From an uncultured virus (IMG/VR IMGVR_UViG_3300027785_001786) (lineage: Duplodnaviria > Heunggongvirae > Uroviricota > Caudoviricetes): DNA of 64,000 nucleotides. The notes below the pieces were generated by a model. It saw only the letters and a list, made by a program, of their open reading frames with translations, was not told the DNA's origin and did not search any database. The stretch lies in the IMG/VR virus record IMGVR_UViG_3300027785_001786; one strand, 5' to 3'. Position numbers and translations under genes: made by a program. Below, piece after piece: positions 17,733 to 27,327 of the stretch (its first letter is position 1; each line of letters opens with the position of its first letter).

Positions 17733-17777
17733 TGCAATTTACGGCTTGCAAATACCTACTTGCGGTTTATGGCCCGC
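17733..17777 (-). promoter_or_regulatory. tandem RNA hairpins, candidate translational operator of the polymerase
   Basis: GCGG-GCCAUAAA-CCGC and UGCAA-GCCGUAAA-UUGCA directly 5' of the GGAG SD. Confidence 0.6.
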
Positions 17778-17798
17778 CGACCTTTCGTACAATATTTA

Positions 17799-18056
17799 TT
17801 AGATACGTTTTGTAATATCTAAAATAGCTTCAATTTCTGCCCAATCTTCGTTATGCGCAGTCCAGTCGCCCTTGTGTGCAATTTTGATAGCACGATTGAT
17901 AACGCTGGGTTTTACATTGAGTTCTTCTGCCACTGCCTTAACTGTTTCTTTCAAGCCTTCTGATAAATCTTCAATTTCGCGAAGCACTGTAGAACCTTCA
18001 CTAATCAATCTTTCTAGTTTTGCCTTTTCTTCTGCACCGTATGAACGTCCTGACAT
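17799..18056 (-). CDS. small dsDNA-binding protein (T4 DsbA/GapR-like)
   Basis: Helical 85-aa protein: LREIEDLSEGLKETVKAVAEELNVKPSVINRAIKIAHK. Confidence 0.55.
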   Translation of the reverse strand: MSGRSYGAEEKAKLERLISEGSTVLREIEDLSEGLKETVKAVAEELNVKPSVINRAIKIAHKGDWTAHNEDWAEIEAILDITKRI

Positions 18057-18080
18057 GTAAGTCTCCTTAACTATAGCCTA

Positions 18081-18109
18081 ATTATATACTAATTATCTGT
18101 GTAATGCAA
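18081..18109 (-). promoter_or_regulatory. sigma70-type promoter
   Basis: TTGCAT-N17-TATAAT followed by AAGGAG. Confidence 0.7.
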
Positions 18110-18122
18110 CCTTTAGAGGTGG

Positions 18123-18150
18123 AAATGGCAGAAATTAATCTGCCATTTTT
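18123..18150. terminator. intrinsic terminator hairpin
   Basis: AAATGGCAGA-aattaa-TCTGCCATTT, just past the stop of the 899-aa ORF. Confidence 0.75.
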
Positions 18151-18155
18151 ATTAA

Positions 18156-20855
18156 TTAATACTTGGCGTTTAACCAGCCGTCACCAGTGGGTTTACGCTT
18201 GGTAGTATCTGCGGCTTTGGCCGCGTCACCGGATCCCATACCAGTTGGTGTGTAGTTGGCTTGTTTGAATAATTCGTCTACCTGAGTTTTTAATTCATTA
18301 GTGATATCATCAACTGGATACATGTTAACCAATTCTGTAATTAGTTTTTGTAATTTAGCACCATTGGCTTGAATCTTGCTTGTTTTTTCAGCGGTGGCTT
18401 TCTTTTCAGCGGCTTCTTTTTCTTTTGCTTCAGCTTCTCTTTTTAGTCTAGCTTCAGTTTCTTCTGGTTTTTCAACTCGTTGACCATCGCTGTTACCGTT
18501 ACCTTCAGGACCGTTGGTGGTATCTTGATTTACAAAGTAAGCACCGGCCACAAGCCCGGCCATAACCAACCACCATTTATAATTCCAACCAAATTTAGCA
18601 ACTGCTCCAATTGCACCTAGTGCGACCACAGTCTTTGGAAATTTTCCAGCCATTCTTGCCATTAAAGGAGTTTTAACTTCAGCGGCCGCTAACTTAGTTA
18701 GTAGCTTGTTTTTTGTAACTTGTGTAAACGTACCATTAGCTTCTGCTCTAAACCAATTGCCGGCTTTGTCTTTAACATATTTTACACCTTGTATTTCAGC
18801 AGATGCAACTTGTTTACCAGCATTGAATGTTACTGCTCCTGGCCCAGGTGCTGGAGCAGGTGCTGGTGCTGGTGCTGGAGCAGGTGCTGGAGCAGGTGCT
18901 GGTGCTGGTGCTGGAGGTGCGGGTTTACCTAACAATTTCCAATCTTTTTCCGCTTGTTTTGTTAATGTTACTACATCTGTCTGTTGGCCAGTGGTTGTAT
19001 TTTTCCAGACCTTGCCTTCTGTTCCTGGAATCATCTTCCAATTACCGGGATCTACAAATCTAGGCCCAAGTCGAGTACTGGCTGCGGCAATAACAACTTC
19101 GTCTGCTTGTTTTCCAATTATTTTTTCCAATGCAAACAATGCCTTACCTTCAGCAGTAGCGATACCAAATCTTGCCCCAAATCGACCTAACGCACCTAAA
19201 GGAAGACCAGCTTCATCTAGCTGTGATAATTTGTCACGCAAGTAAGACATGCGTTCTGTATCAGTCATGCTTGAATAGATTATGGATTCATTAGCGACAG
19301 GAGCCTGAGAAGTAATACCCAGTATCTTTGCCACATACTCGCCGGCTTGATTAAGATCTCTCGGCATTTTGGTTTTTAATTCTTCTAAGTTCTTAACACC
19401 AACTTTGGCAAAGAATTCCTTCATAGCGGCCTGTTGTTCAGCACCACCCTCTGCAACTTCAGCTGGATCAGTTTTTGAACTCATAGTTGCTGATGTTTTG
19501 GTAATAGCTGTGCCTTGTTGTGCAACAGCATTTGCATCACCAGGAGTCAATACGCCAGTTGGTTCTGCACCAGCCGCTTTTTGTACTTTTTTAACTGCAT
19601 CTGCATCAGCAGGTTTTTGTTTGGACATCGCATCGCCAACGTATTTTGCATTGTGCGGAGTACGTATGTATGCATCGCTTCCTGCTTGTACTGCCATTGC
19701 CCCGCCAACTTTCAATGCGCCAGCAACTAGTCCGCCACCTCCGGGAATAATAGCAATAGATCCAGCGGCTTGTCCGCCGTAGTACCAAACAGGACTACGT
19801 TTCTTTGCGGCTTCGCTGGCTTGCAATTGTTTTAATAATTCATCACCGTATTTTGTACCTTTGTATGTGGATATCATTTTGGCAATAGCATTGTCGCCCC
19901 AACCAAATGTCAATCCTGCCAACACACCTCTGCCCAATGCTTCAACATCTTCTGTAATGATGTATTCAACAGGGTTTCCATTGGCATCATAGTAAATGTG
20001 TACTGCACTGATAGTGTCGTTTTCAGTTTCAATAAGATATACTTGTTCTTTTAAATATTGTTTTGATTCATTAACTGGGGTAGCTACTGGGTTTAGTATG
20101 GCTTTCAATTCAGTTATAGCTGACTGTATAGCTGTGACTAACACAGTTCTATATTTTTTGTATTCTTGATATTTGGTAAGTAACTCTTGTACTTCTTTGT
20201 CGTCGGCGTATTTTGCATCCTTAGCAAGTATGTCAATTATTCCGTATAATTTTTTAGCTTGGTCAACGGTGATACTTTCTTTCAAAGGAGTAAATGTATA
20301 ACCAAAGCCTTCTGTTAATGCCTGAGCAAGTTTGCCCTGTGGAGCAGACTCATCATATCGAACAGCTTTGCTTTTTAATGCTTGAGTAATAATGTCTTCT
20401 GCATCATCGATTAGGTCATACTTGGTACGATTTACGTTGCTGGCTTTGAATGCTTCACCCTCGTCCTTGCCCATCAATCCAAAAAATGCACTGGTCTTTG
20501 CAATGTCAGGAACTAGTCCGTCTTTTTCCATCTGTTCAACTTCAGCTTTGTACGGACCAAACCAAGCATAATCGCCCTTGGCATCTACCCACTTACCGTT
20601 GACTGGATCAAATAATCCTGGATAGTCGTTTCTTATTGCCAATTGCCCAAGCTGTTTTCTACGTACTCCGGCATCTTGTATGTTTGCTATGGCTTCTAGT
20701 TCTTTTCTGCGAACTCGCTCCATTAAAGCAATATATGATTCTTTTAATAATTGTAAATCAGCAGTTAACACTTCATCGATCATGGTGGCACTTTCCAACA
20801 ACACTTGTCGTTGGTCAATAGTATCTAATTTATTTAAAAGTGCTTTCAAATCCAT
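18156..20855 (-). CDS. large probable virion internal/ejection protein with hydrophobic segments and a Pro-Ala linker
   Basis: 899 aa; many [LIV]xE sites, Gly/Ala-rich hydrophobic helices, (PA)n tract, TM-like segment near the C-terminus. Confidence 0.6.
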   Translation of the reverse strand: MDLKALLNKLDTIDQRQVLLESATMIDEVLTADLQLLKESYIALMERVRRKELEAIANIQDAGVRRKQLGQLAIRNDYPGLFDPVNGKWVDAKGDYAWFGPYKAEVEQMEKDGLVPDIAKTSAFFGLMGKDEGEAFKASNVNRTKYDLIDDAEDIITQALKSKAVRYDESAPQGKLAQALTEGFGYTFTPLKESITVDQAKKLYGIIDILAKDAKYADDKEVQELLTKYQEYKKYRTVLVTAIQSAITELKAILNPVATPVNESKQYLKEQVYLIETENDTISAVHIYYDANGNPVEYIITEDVEALGRGVLAGLTFGWGDNAIAKMISTYKGTKYGDELLKQLQASEAAKKRSPVWYYGGQAAGSIAIIPGGGGLVAGALKVGGAMAVQAGSDAYIRTPHNAKYVGDAMSKQKPADADAVKKVQKAAGAEPTGVLTPGDANAVAQQGTAITKTSATMSSKTDPAEVAEGGAEQQAAMKEFFAKVGVKNLEELKTKMPRDLNQAGEYVAKILGITSQAPVANESIIYSSMTDTERMSYLRDKLSQLDEAGLPLGALGRFGARFGIATAEGKALFALEKIIGKQADEVVIAAASTRLGPRFVDPGNWKMIPGTEGKVWKNTTTGQQTDVVTLTKQAEKDWKLLGKPAPPAPAPAPAPAPAPAPAPAPAPAPGPGAVTFNAGKQVASAEIQGVKYVKDKAGNWFRAEANGTFTQVTKNKLLTKLAAAEVKTPLMARMAGKFPKTVVALGAIGAVAKFGWNYKWWLVMAGLVAGAYFVNQDTTNGPEGNGNSDGQRVEKPEETEARLKREAEAKEKEAAEKKATAEKTSKIQANGAKLQKLITELVNMYPVDDITNELKTQVDELFKQANYTPTGMGSGDAAKAADTTKRKPTGDGWLNAKY
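18847..18920. repeat. hexamer tandem repeat encoding (Pro-Ala)n
   Basis: ggtgct/ggagca units repeated in frame. Confidence 0.9.
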
Positions 20856-20856
20856 T

Positions 20857-21303
20857 TTAAATTCCTGTGTTCTTCAAAGTGCTACGTAGCATCCATGCAT
20901 GTTTGCCATGTGCAGTTTGACGATCTGCAATAAAGTTACTTAGTCCGTGTTCGTGTTCGCGTTCTGCGAGATCGAATGCTACTTTTAAAAAAGCAATAAT
21001 TTTTTCACTGTCTGCCAACAATTCAGACAGCATGGCTTCTGGTGCTGGTACTGAGTTGCTTTCTTGGATGGCACTGTATTTTAAAAATGCGCTGTTACTG
21101 CCAAGTGCATAGGATCCCAAATAGCGAATGTTTTCAGCAAACGGATCTTGTGCGGTATACACTTCTGTGTATATGTTGTTTAATAAATCGTGATATTGGG
21201 GAAAGTTTGAACCTTCTATGTTCCAGTGAAATGATGAAGCTTTGACATAATAAACATGCTCGCTGGCAAATGCCACTTTTACTGCTTTGATTAATTCTTC
21301 CAT
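20857..21303 (-). CDS. dps: Dps/ferritin-like DNA protection protein
   Basis: FHWNIEG.NF...H, D.FAENIR.LG, HGKHAWML. Confidence 0.9.
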   Translation of the reverse strand: MEELIKAVKVAFASEHVYYVKASSFHWNIEGSNFPQYHDLLNNIYTEVYTAQDPFAENIRYLGSYALGSNSAFLKYSAIQESNSVPAPEAMLSELLADSEKIIAFLKVAFDLAEREHEHGLSNFIADRQTAHGKHAWMLRSTLKNTGI

Positions 21304-22190
21304 TACTTGGCGCCTTCACTTACTGGAGCACCGGTAGCGTGTACTCCAATTTTCTTATCTGGATATTTACGTTCCATGGCATTTGAAACACGATTAGCTT
21401 CTTGACGTGAACCAAACACTTTCCATTGTTTGCCGTTAATACTTACAGCATAGTTATTTGTTTCGTGAGCTAGTTCTTGCTCTAGCCCGCGATGATCGTG
21501 TTCACGACTAAAACCTGTTTGACTAGAATCATAATCTCGTTGATACGCATCTCTGCGATTACGCATTTCCGCCACACCTTGCTCGCCATTTTCTTCACTT
21601 TTCATGTAGTCCCAAACTGTGACTAACATACTTTTAGCAACTGCGATTTTTTCTTGGCACCATTCTGGCAAATTGTCTCCAGCATTGATAATATCATCGA
21701 TACCGTCAACAGCACGTTCCAGTGTGTTTAAATTGTTATCTGCCATACCAGCTTCGTCATCATATTCTGGATTGAATGATTCTTTGATACGCTTACCGTC
21801 TTTGTTGTATTTGCCAGATGCTTTCTTAGCAATGGCAATGGCCGCTTGTTGTGCGCCTTCTTTTGCAAGTACACGTTCAGCAATACGGCGTGCCTGTTCG
21901 CTAATAATTTCTTTCTTGGCTGTGTCTTGTTCAGCTATTTGTTGTTCAGCTTCTGTATAGTATTGATACAACATACTGGACATTGCTGTTTTCTTAACTT
22001 CTTTAATAGTTCTTGGTTGCGCAACAGCGGGAGTTGAATAATGTTGCATGGCCATTTGTACTGGCAATGCTACCTTATGTGTATTAGCACCTTCTGTCAC
22101 AACTGACAAAAATTTCTTCATGTCGTTGGAATTTCCTACAGGCTTTGTAGAACCGCTATCAATTGCCTGTAAAATTTTCTTCATGTCCAT
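21303..22190 (-). CDS. probable internal head protein (modular)
   Basis: Modules follow VTE, IKE and VAE sites; LPEWCQEKI module. Confidence 0.6.
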   Translation of the reverse strand: MDMKKILQAIDSGSTKPVGNSNDMKKFLSVVTEGANTHKVALPVQMAMQHYSTPAVAQPRTIKEVKKTAMSSMLYQYYTEAEQQIAEQDTAKKEIISEQARRIAERVLAKEGAQQAAIAIAKKASGKYNKDGKRIKESFNPEYDDEAGMADNNLNTLERAVDGIDDIINAGDNLPEWCQEKIAVAKSMLVTVWDYMKSEENGEQGVAEMRNRRDAYQRDYDSSQTGFSREHDHRGLEQELAHETNNYAVSINGKQWKVFGSRQEANRVSNAMERKYPDKKIGVHATGAPVSEGAK

Positions 22191-22194
22191 GGTA

Positions 22195-23340
22195 TTATCC
22201 GTTTAGACGTTGTGTTAACGCTTTTAAACGATCTAGCTCTGTAGACTCTTTCAATGGAATTTCTTTGTTGCCTACTTTAATCTTTTCACCTTTCTGGATG
22301 CCATCTTTTTTAGCATTGACTACCGCCAGGCCAAATGCACTACCTTCCGTGTCCATCTTATCTTTCTTTTTGCCTTTGCCTTCTAATACATCTTTAGCAC
22401 GGGCAATGGCTTCTTTGACTTTGCTAGATGCTTTCTTCTTTGCTAAATCATCTTTACCTTTACCGTCTGCCGCAAATGCTGGCACACTCTTGCCACCAAC
22501 TTTCTTCATTGGCATAGCACCTTCGTCGTACTTGTTGTATTTGGCTTTGATTGGCTCTAGACTTTTGCCTTCCTTACCAGCTTTAGCCAATGCGGCCATA
22601 CCTTCTTTGCCGTACTTTTCATGACCCTTGGCCGCACGACTCATTGTCTTCTTGGCTTCGTACATGCCACCGCCACATTCTTTCAGACCATGCACTGGAC
22701 ATTTTTTACCCTTAGCAGAATGATTGCACTTTTCATCTTTGGCTTCGTCTACTTTATCACGATTGTCAAATTTCTCGCTGTTTTTCATTCCCCATGTCTT
22801 AGCACTCTTAGGACTTTGCTTTTGCGCTGGAGCTTTTTCTTTTTTCTGTGCCGCTGTTTCTGCTTTAGCATGACTTCCGCTACCTTTGCCTGATTTAGCA
22901 TCGGTATCCATATCATCGCCACCGTCGGAGTATTTGCGCTCGTCTGTATGCTTTACACTCTTACGCTTGCCGTCATCATCAAATGTGGCTGTAGCTGTTC
23001 CGTGCTGAGTTTTTGTACTTTTGGTGGTATCCTCGTCCATCTTTTCAGACTTTTCTTTGGCCGCTTTTTTCTTAAGCTCTTTGACTTTTTCTTTGGCTTC
23101 TGCAAGTTTGCTGGTTAACACAGCACGTTTGCTTTCGCTTAGATCAGTACTTTCAGCAATCATTCGGCTGTAGTCTTGAAACTGTTTTTCATAGTTCAAG
23201 TACTGATATACCGTGGAAATATCTTCTGCGGCACTGATAATTTTGTTCTTGACCCAGCTTTCTAATAGCTGTTCGTCTTGAATTAATTTGAATAGTTTTG
23301 CACTTTGTTGCGCTGTTTTATATAGATCTTGTTTGGCCAT
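22195..23340 (-). CDS. Lys-rich probable internal head protein
   Basis: LESWVKNKI module, CNH..CPVH..EC module, many [LIV]xE sites; TAAATA upstream. Confidence 0.6.
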   Translation of the reverse strand: MAKQDLYKTAQQSAKLFKLIQDEQLLESWVKNKIISAAEDISTVYQYLNYEKQFQDYSRMIAESTDLSESKRAVLTSKLAEAKEKVKELKKKAAKEKSEKMDEDTTKSTKTQHGTATATFDDDGKRKSVKHTDERKYSDGGDDMDTDAKSGKGSGSHAKAETAAQKKEKAPAQKQSPKSAKTWGMKNSEKFDNRDKVDEAKDEKCNHSAKGKKCPVHGLKECGGGMYEAKKTMSRAAKGHEKYGKEGMAALAKAGKEGKSLEPIKAKYNKYDEGAMPMKKVGGKSVPAFAADGKGKDDLAKKKASSKVKEAIARAKDVLEGKGKKKDKMDTEGSAFGLAVVNAKKDGIQKGEKIKVGNKEIPLKESTELDRLKALTQRLNG

Positions 23341-23366
23341 GTTAGGACTCCGTTAACTTGTAATAT

Positions 23367-23627
23367 TTATCTTTTGATGGCTGAGCCGCCGCCGAAGATG
23401 TTGCCCTTCATGTCAAGAGCGTTTGTAGCTGTACCGTCTTTTTTCTTTTTCTGAACAATTTTGGGAGGTTTAGGAGCCTTTGTACCGGACTTTCCTGGAC
23501 TTCCTGTATAACTCTTTTTACCGAGATTCTTACCAATAGCAAGATGTGGGCTTACCACAGTACCAATATTAGCCGCACTTGTGGCGCCGGCTGTGGCGGT
23601 TTCTGATATGATTTCTCTTAATCTCAT
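23367..23627 (-). CDS. small basic protein with a capsid-targeting-like N-terminus
   Basis: Starts MRLREIISE. Confidence 0.65.
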   Translation of the reverse strand: MRLREIISETATAGATSAANIGTVVSPHLAIGKNLGKKSYTGSPGKSGTKAPKPPKIVQKKKKDGTATNALDMKGNIFGGGSAIKR

Positions 23628-23971
23628 ATGCCGTACTGATTCTTTTTAACACTAGCCACTGGGCTAACAGTACTGGTACTGCGTAATTCTTCGCTGGGTC
23701 CTTTTGGTACAATTACTGTGCCTTTCTGACCAAGTGTTTTTTCAGCAGTTTTAACTTTGTCTTCCTCAACACTGTTGGTAATCCAAACAGTTGGACTTGC
23801 TCTTGCAGGGCCTTCAGCATCCGCATTTCCGCCACCAGCAATAGCAATACCCAAGCGATACATGTCATAATATGTGTCCATATCATCATATCGTTTAGCA
23901 TAAGGCCCAGCCAGACGTTCAGATTTACCAAGCGTGTTTGTTTTTTCTGTAATGAATTCAGTTGCTCTCAT
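23624..23971 (-). CDS. small protein with a capsid-targeting-like N-terminus
   Basis: Likely start MRATEFITE. Confidence 0.65.
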   Translation of the reverse strand: MRATEFITEKTNTLGKSERLAGPYAKRYDDMDTYYDMYRLGIAIAGGGNADAEGPARASPTVWITNSVEEDKVKTAEKTLGQKGTVIVPKGPSEELRSTSTVSPVASVKKNQYGI

Positions 23972-24266
23972 TGTCGTTTCCCACTGGTTGTTCACCTGTC
24001 ATATAAGGCAAACTAAACCATAATTTAAACCATTCTGGAGTTCCGGGTTGGATATTGTTTTTACGCATCAGTTCTCCTTTGCTACTGCCAGTTACACTGA
24101 TATTGCTACCTTGGCCAGCACGATATTCGTGCAGTCTAGCTTCTCCACCTAAACCACCCATGCCCGATAAGATCTTTAATTCCTGTATAGGATCGTTGGG
24201 TGCAAGATAGCAATCGTCAGGACTATCTTGATTTAGATCTTGTGAAGTTATTCTATACTGTTTCAT
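23958..24266 (-). CDS. hypothetical protein
   Basis: NIQPGTPEWFKLWFSLPYMTGE; coupled ORF. Confidence 0.65.
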   Translation of the reverse strand: MKQYRITSQDLNQDSPDDCYLAPNDPIQELKILSGMGGLGGEARLHEYRAGQGSNISVTGSSKGELMRKNNIQPGTPEWFKLWFSLPYMTGEQPVGNDNESN

Positions 24267-26119
24267 TATTTATTGAATCTCTGTTGCCAGATTTCCTCAA
24301 GCACGTAACCTATGCTTGCACGACCTTCGTTGGGCACACAGTTGTTCACACGAATGCCGCCTTTGATCTTGGTACCTTCCTTGTGTTTGCCCTTCCAGCA
24401 TTTTGGGTCCAACCGTTGTTTTACTTCTGCTATATCTTGCTGACTCGGGTCAGTAAACTGCTTTTTCCCTTGGCTATCAGTTTTCCAAAATTTTGGATTT
24501 AATGGATTATATTGTTTCAGTGCGTTGTTCTGACTATCCTGTGCTGTGGCTAATTTTCGCTGTTTTTGTGCAACTTGTTCGCCGCCTTTTTGTGTTTTTA
24601 TCCACTCAAGTGCTTCTGGTTGAGTAGTAGACTCTCTTAAAAATGCGTCAACTTTTTTTGTTGCCTGTGACAGATCTGGCGTGTTCTCGTTGTCAACATA
24701 GACAAAGTGCTTAGGTCCAAAATAGGCTGAGTACTTTTCAAGATTTTTTTGAACCTGTGAGTACGTATCTTTAGCTAGAGTGGCATCCACTTGACGACCC
24801 ACTCCCCATTGTTGCTGTTGCTTGTCTGCTCTTGACTGTTGACGGGCTATGCTAGTGGCTTCACTGACATTTACAAATATCATCATGAATTCATAACCCA
24901 GCGGCTGTAGTTTTTCAATTACACCTATCGCTGTATCGGGGTTTCTGCCGGATCCGTCAACAATAATACCTAGCCTGCCATCGATAAAATTTCCTTGTTG
25001 AGTTTGACTAAGTTGCCAACTTTTTTCAAGTTGATCCGGCGCCAAGTGTCCAGTTGGTACTTCACCTTTTTTAATAAACATTTCGTTGAAATTATCTAGG
25101 TTTACACTACGCAAACCGGTATGTGTTAACAGCGGTCTAGCAATTGTGCTTTTGCCTGCACCCATTGGGCCAAATAATAATATACATTTGAAAATGTGAG
25201 GATCATTAACACCTTCGTCTATTTTGCCTTTTACCACACTTTGCTGTCCGTGCTTTTTGAGATCGTTGTCAAACTGTTTATTGGTAGCTTTATTAATGCC
25301 TTTGAAACGCTTGTCGCCGCGAGCATAGTCACCTTCTGCATCTGCTTTTTTGGCATCAGCTCCAGCGGCTTTTTTATACTTGCCTAATAATTCAGTAGAT
25401 AATTCTTTTAAATTGCTTTCTGCTAATTCTTGCGCAGGCCCTTTTGTTTTGTTTTGTTTCATAGCGGCTTTCTCTGCTTTTTGTTGTTCTTTTTCAGCTT
25501 TTTGCTTTTCTCTTTCAGCCTTTTGCTTTTCTTTATCCATTTCAGCTTGCATATAAGGCATCATGTAATGTCTTACTAAATTGAAATAAGGATGACCTGC
25601 TACTTCTGTATTAACAGATACTCCTGAATATGTTTCAAAGTCTTGTGGATTATTATCTTTGATTGCTTGTCTAACCTTGCTTGCTTCGCTTTTTCTTTCT
25701 GCTTCAGACCAAACGATATCGTTAAATTTATAAAATCCATGAGGTCCTTCTAGCCCGTTTTGTTTTTGTAACGCAGGCACAAATATTTTTGCATCATTTG
25801 CATCTGTAACGATGTGCAATGTAACAGCACCGTGTTGCTTGTAAACCATTGATGCTAGAGTAAACCAACTTTGTTCCGCCACTAAATGATCCTCTAACTC
25901 GGGCATGAACGTTTTCATAGCTTCCATTTTAATGTCAAATGGAAGAGGATCTTTAGGACCTTGTGTACTTTGATTTGTACCCACGTACCATATAGGAAAA
26001 CCAGCCGCAATGTCCCACGCGGCTTTGTGGCCAAAGTGCGGAGGATTAAATCTTCCAAATATAATGGCCGCTTGATCTTGTTCAGATTCTGTTAAGTGAT
26101 ATGTTTTCAATTTTTCCAC
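24266..26119 (-). CDS. multidomain protein: HIGH-type nucleotidyltransferase plus P-loop kinase
   Basis: FGRFNPPHFGH and KDPLPF in the N-terminal part; GPMGAGKST, IIVDGSG and R...R in the C-terminal part. Confidence 0.75.
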   Translation of the reverse strand: MEKLKTYHLTESEQDQAAIIFGRFNPPHFGHKAAWDIAAGFPIWYVGTNQSTQGPKDPLPFDIKMEAMKTFMPELEDHLVAEQSWFTLASMVYKQHGAVTLHIVTDANDAKIFVPALQKQNGLEGPHGFYKFNDIVWSEAERKSEASKVRQAIKDNNPQDFETYSGVSVNTEVAGHPYFNLVRHYMMPYMQAEMDKEKQKAEREKQKAEKEQQKAEKAAMKQNKTKGPAQELAESNLKELSTELLGKYKKAAGADAKKADAEGDYARGDKRFKGINKATNKQFDNDLKKHGQQSVVKGKIDEGVNDPHIFKCILLFGPMGAGKSTIARPLLTHTGLRSVNLDNFNEMFIKKGEVPTGHLAPDQLEKSWQLSQTQQGNFIDGRLGIIVDGSGRNPDTAIGVIEKLQPLGYEFMMIFVNVSEATSIARQQSRADKQQQQWGVGRQVDATLAKDTYSQVQKNLEKYSAYFGPKHFVYVDNENTPDLSQATKKVDAFLRESTTQPEALEWIKTQKGGEQVAQKQRKLATAQDSQNNALKQYNPLNPKFWKTDSQGKKQFTDPSQQDIAEVKQRLDPKCWKGKHKEGTKIKGGIRVNNCVPNEGRASIGYVLEEIWQQRFNK

Positions 26120-27327
26120 CCTGGTGCAACGATTTTCATATTACCGTGTTTGTGACCATCTTGTGCGTAACGAACATACCCTTCGCTATTAGTTGCCCAC
26201 ACATCAGCAGTATGGGTGTTGTTTGCAATTTCGTATATTTCGTGTTTGATATCACGAATAACTTTCATAGCATGGAATACTTCGTCCAAAGCACCAGTCT
26301 GTTGTTCCAGTTGATATATCACCTGTTGCTTAGGCAAAGATACACGTGGCTTACCGTTGGCTTGTGCTTCAGCCATCCAATCAAAAAATACTTTTGCATT
26401 TATTGAATCAAATGTTCCGCCTGCATTTTTTTGATTTAGGAACGGATAAAAAATACCATTCTTATCTGTATGTGAAACGCTTCCAACAAATGTATCAATT
26501 TTATTACTATTCTTTTCTAACCAGCTTTGTGTTTCACCTAGTTCTGCATTTGCACTAGTAAGACTGCTGGATTTTGATTTGTCAATATTAGGAGCAGTAT
26601 CGTTGTAAATAGGGTTTAACACAATCAATTTAGGTGTGTCGTTAAACTCACTAAAATCATCTTTGGGTTTTTGTTCAGCATCTGGTGCACCAAATGTATC
26701 AAATGTGCCATGCGCGGCTATCATAAGGTTTGCACCTGCTATACGTTTACCCAGTTCGCTGTCTTTACTAACATGATATTCAGTTGCACTATGCGGGTTA
26801 GGATGCATATTGTATGTACCACTTTTGTCCATCTTGGGTTTAGTAGCAGGCATAAAGATTGCATCAGCATATACAAACCCCACAAAGTCTTTAGGAGTAG
26901 CCGCATCAAACGTAGGATACAAATTTGCAAATTCTTCTGCAAAGCGTTGACGTTCGGGAGTTATTTCTTGCCCTTTTGCACCTTCACCGCTTTTGTTAAG
27001 AATAAAATTCTTAACAGCTTCGGGACTAGTAAAGTCGTCCATTGTTGTACCAGTGTTACGTCCGCCCTTGCCCCAACCGTTGTGTCCTGCCAATATTAAC
27101 GGACCGCCAGAAACTTCTCTGCCCCAATAAATTTGAGGATTGCCGTCCCATTTAAATCTTAATTGGTGAGGTTCGGCACTGATTTCGTCAAAATGTTGTA
27201 ATGCTTCTAGTATACCGCTCACACCGTAGAAGATTACAAAATGTTCTGGGTGGTTAAATGCTCTCCCAAGCATAGGCGGGATTTTAGGCTTTGCATCTTC
27301 GCGGATGAATAATTCTCTAAGTAACAC
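26107..27327 (-). CDS. DUF6267-like protein with ligase-type nucleotidyltransferase motifs
   Basis: HPEH, KWDGNPQIYWG, EGYV, MKIV; N-terminus MLLRELFIRE. Confidence 0.6.
   Translation of the reverse strand: MLLRELFIREDAKPKIPPMLGRAFNHPEHFVIFYGVSGILEALQHFDEISAEPHQLRFKWDGNPQIYWGREVSGGPLILAGHNGWGKGGRNTGTTMDDFTSPEAVKNFILNKSGEGAKGQEITPERQRFAEEFANLYPTFDAATPKDFVGFVYADAIFMPATKPKMDKSGTYNMHPNPHSATEYHVSKDSELGKRIAGANLMIAAHGTFDTFGAPDAEQKPKDDFSEFNDTPKLIVLNPIYNDTAPNIDKSKSSSLTSANAELGETQSWLEKNSNKIDTFVGSVSHTDKNGIFYPFLNQKNAGGTFDSINAKVFFDWMAEAQANGKPRVSLPKQQVIYQLEQQTGALDEVFHAMKVIRDIKHEIYEIANNTHTADVWATNSEGYVRYAQDGHKHGNMKIVAPGWKN

Noticed and set aside
18847..18920. Short tandem repeat as a CRISPR array or phase-variation tract
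   Set aside because: No spacers. The units are in-frame hexamers with synonymous variation encoding a Pro-Ala linker.
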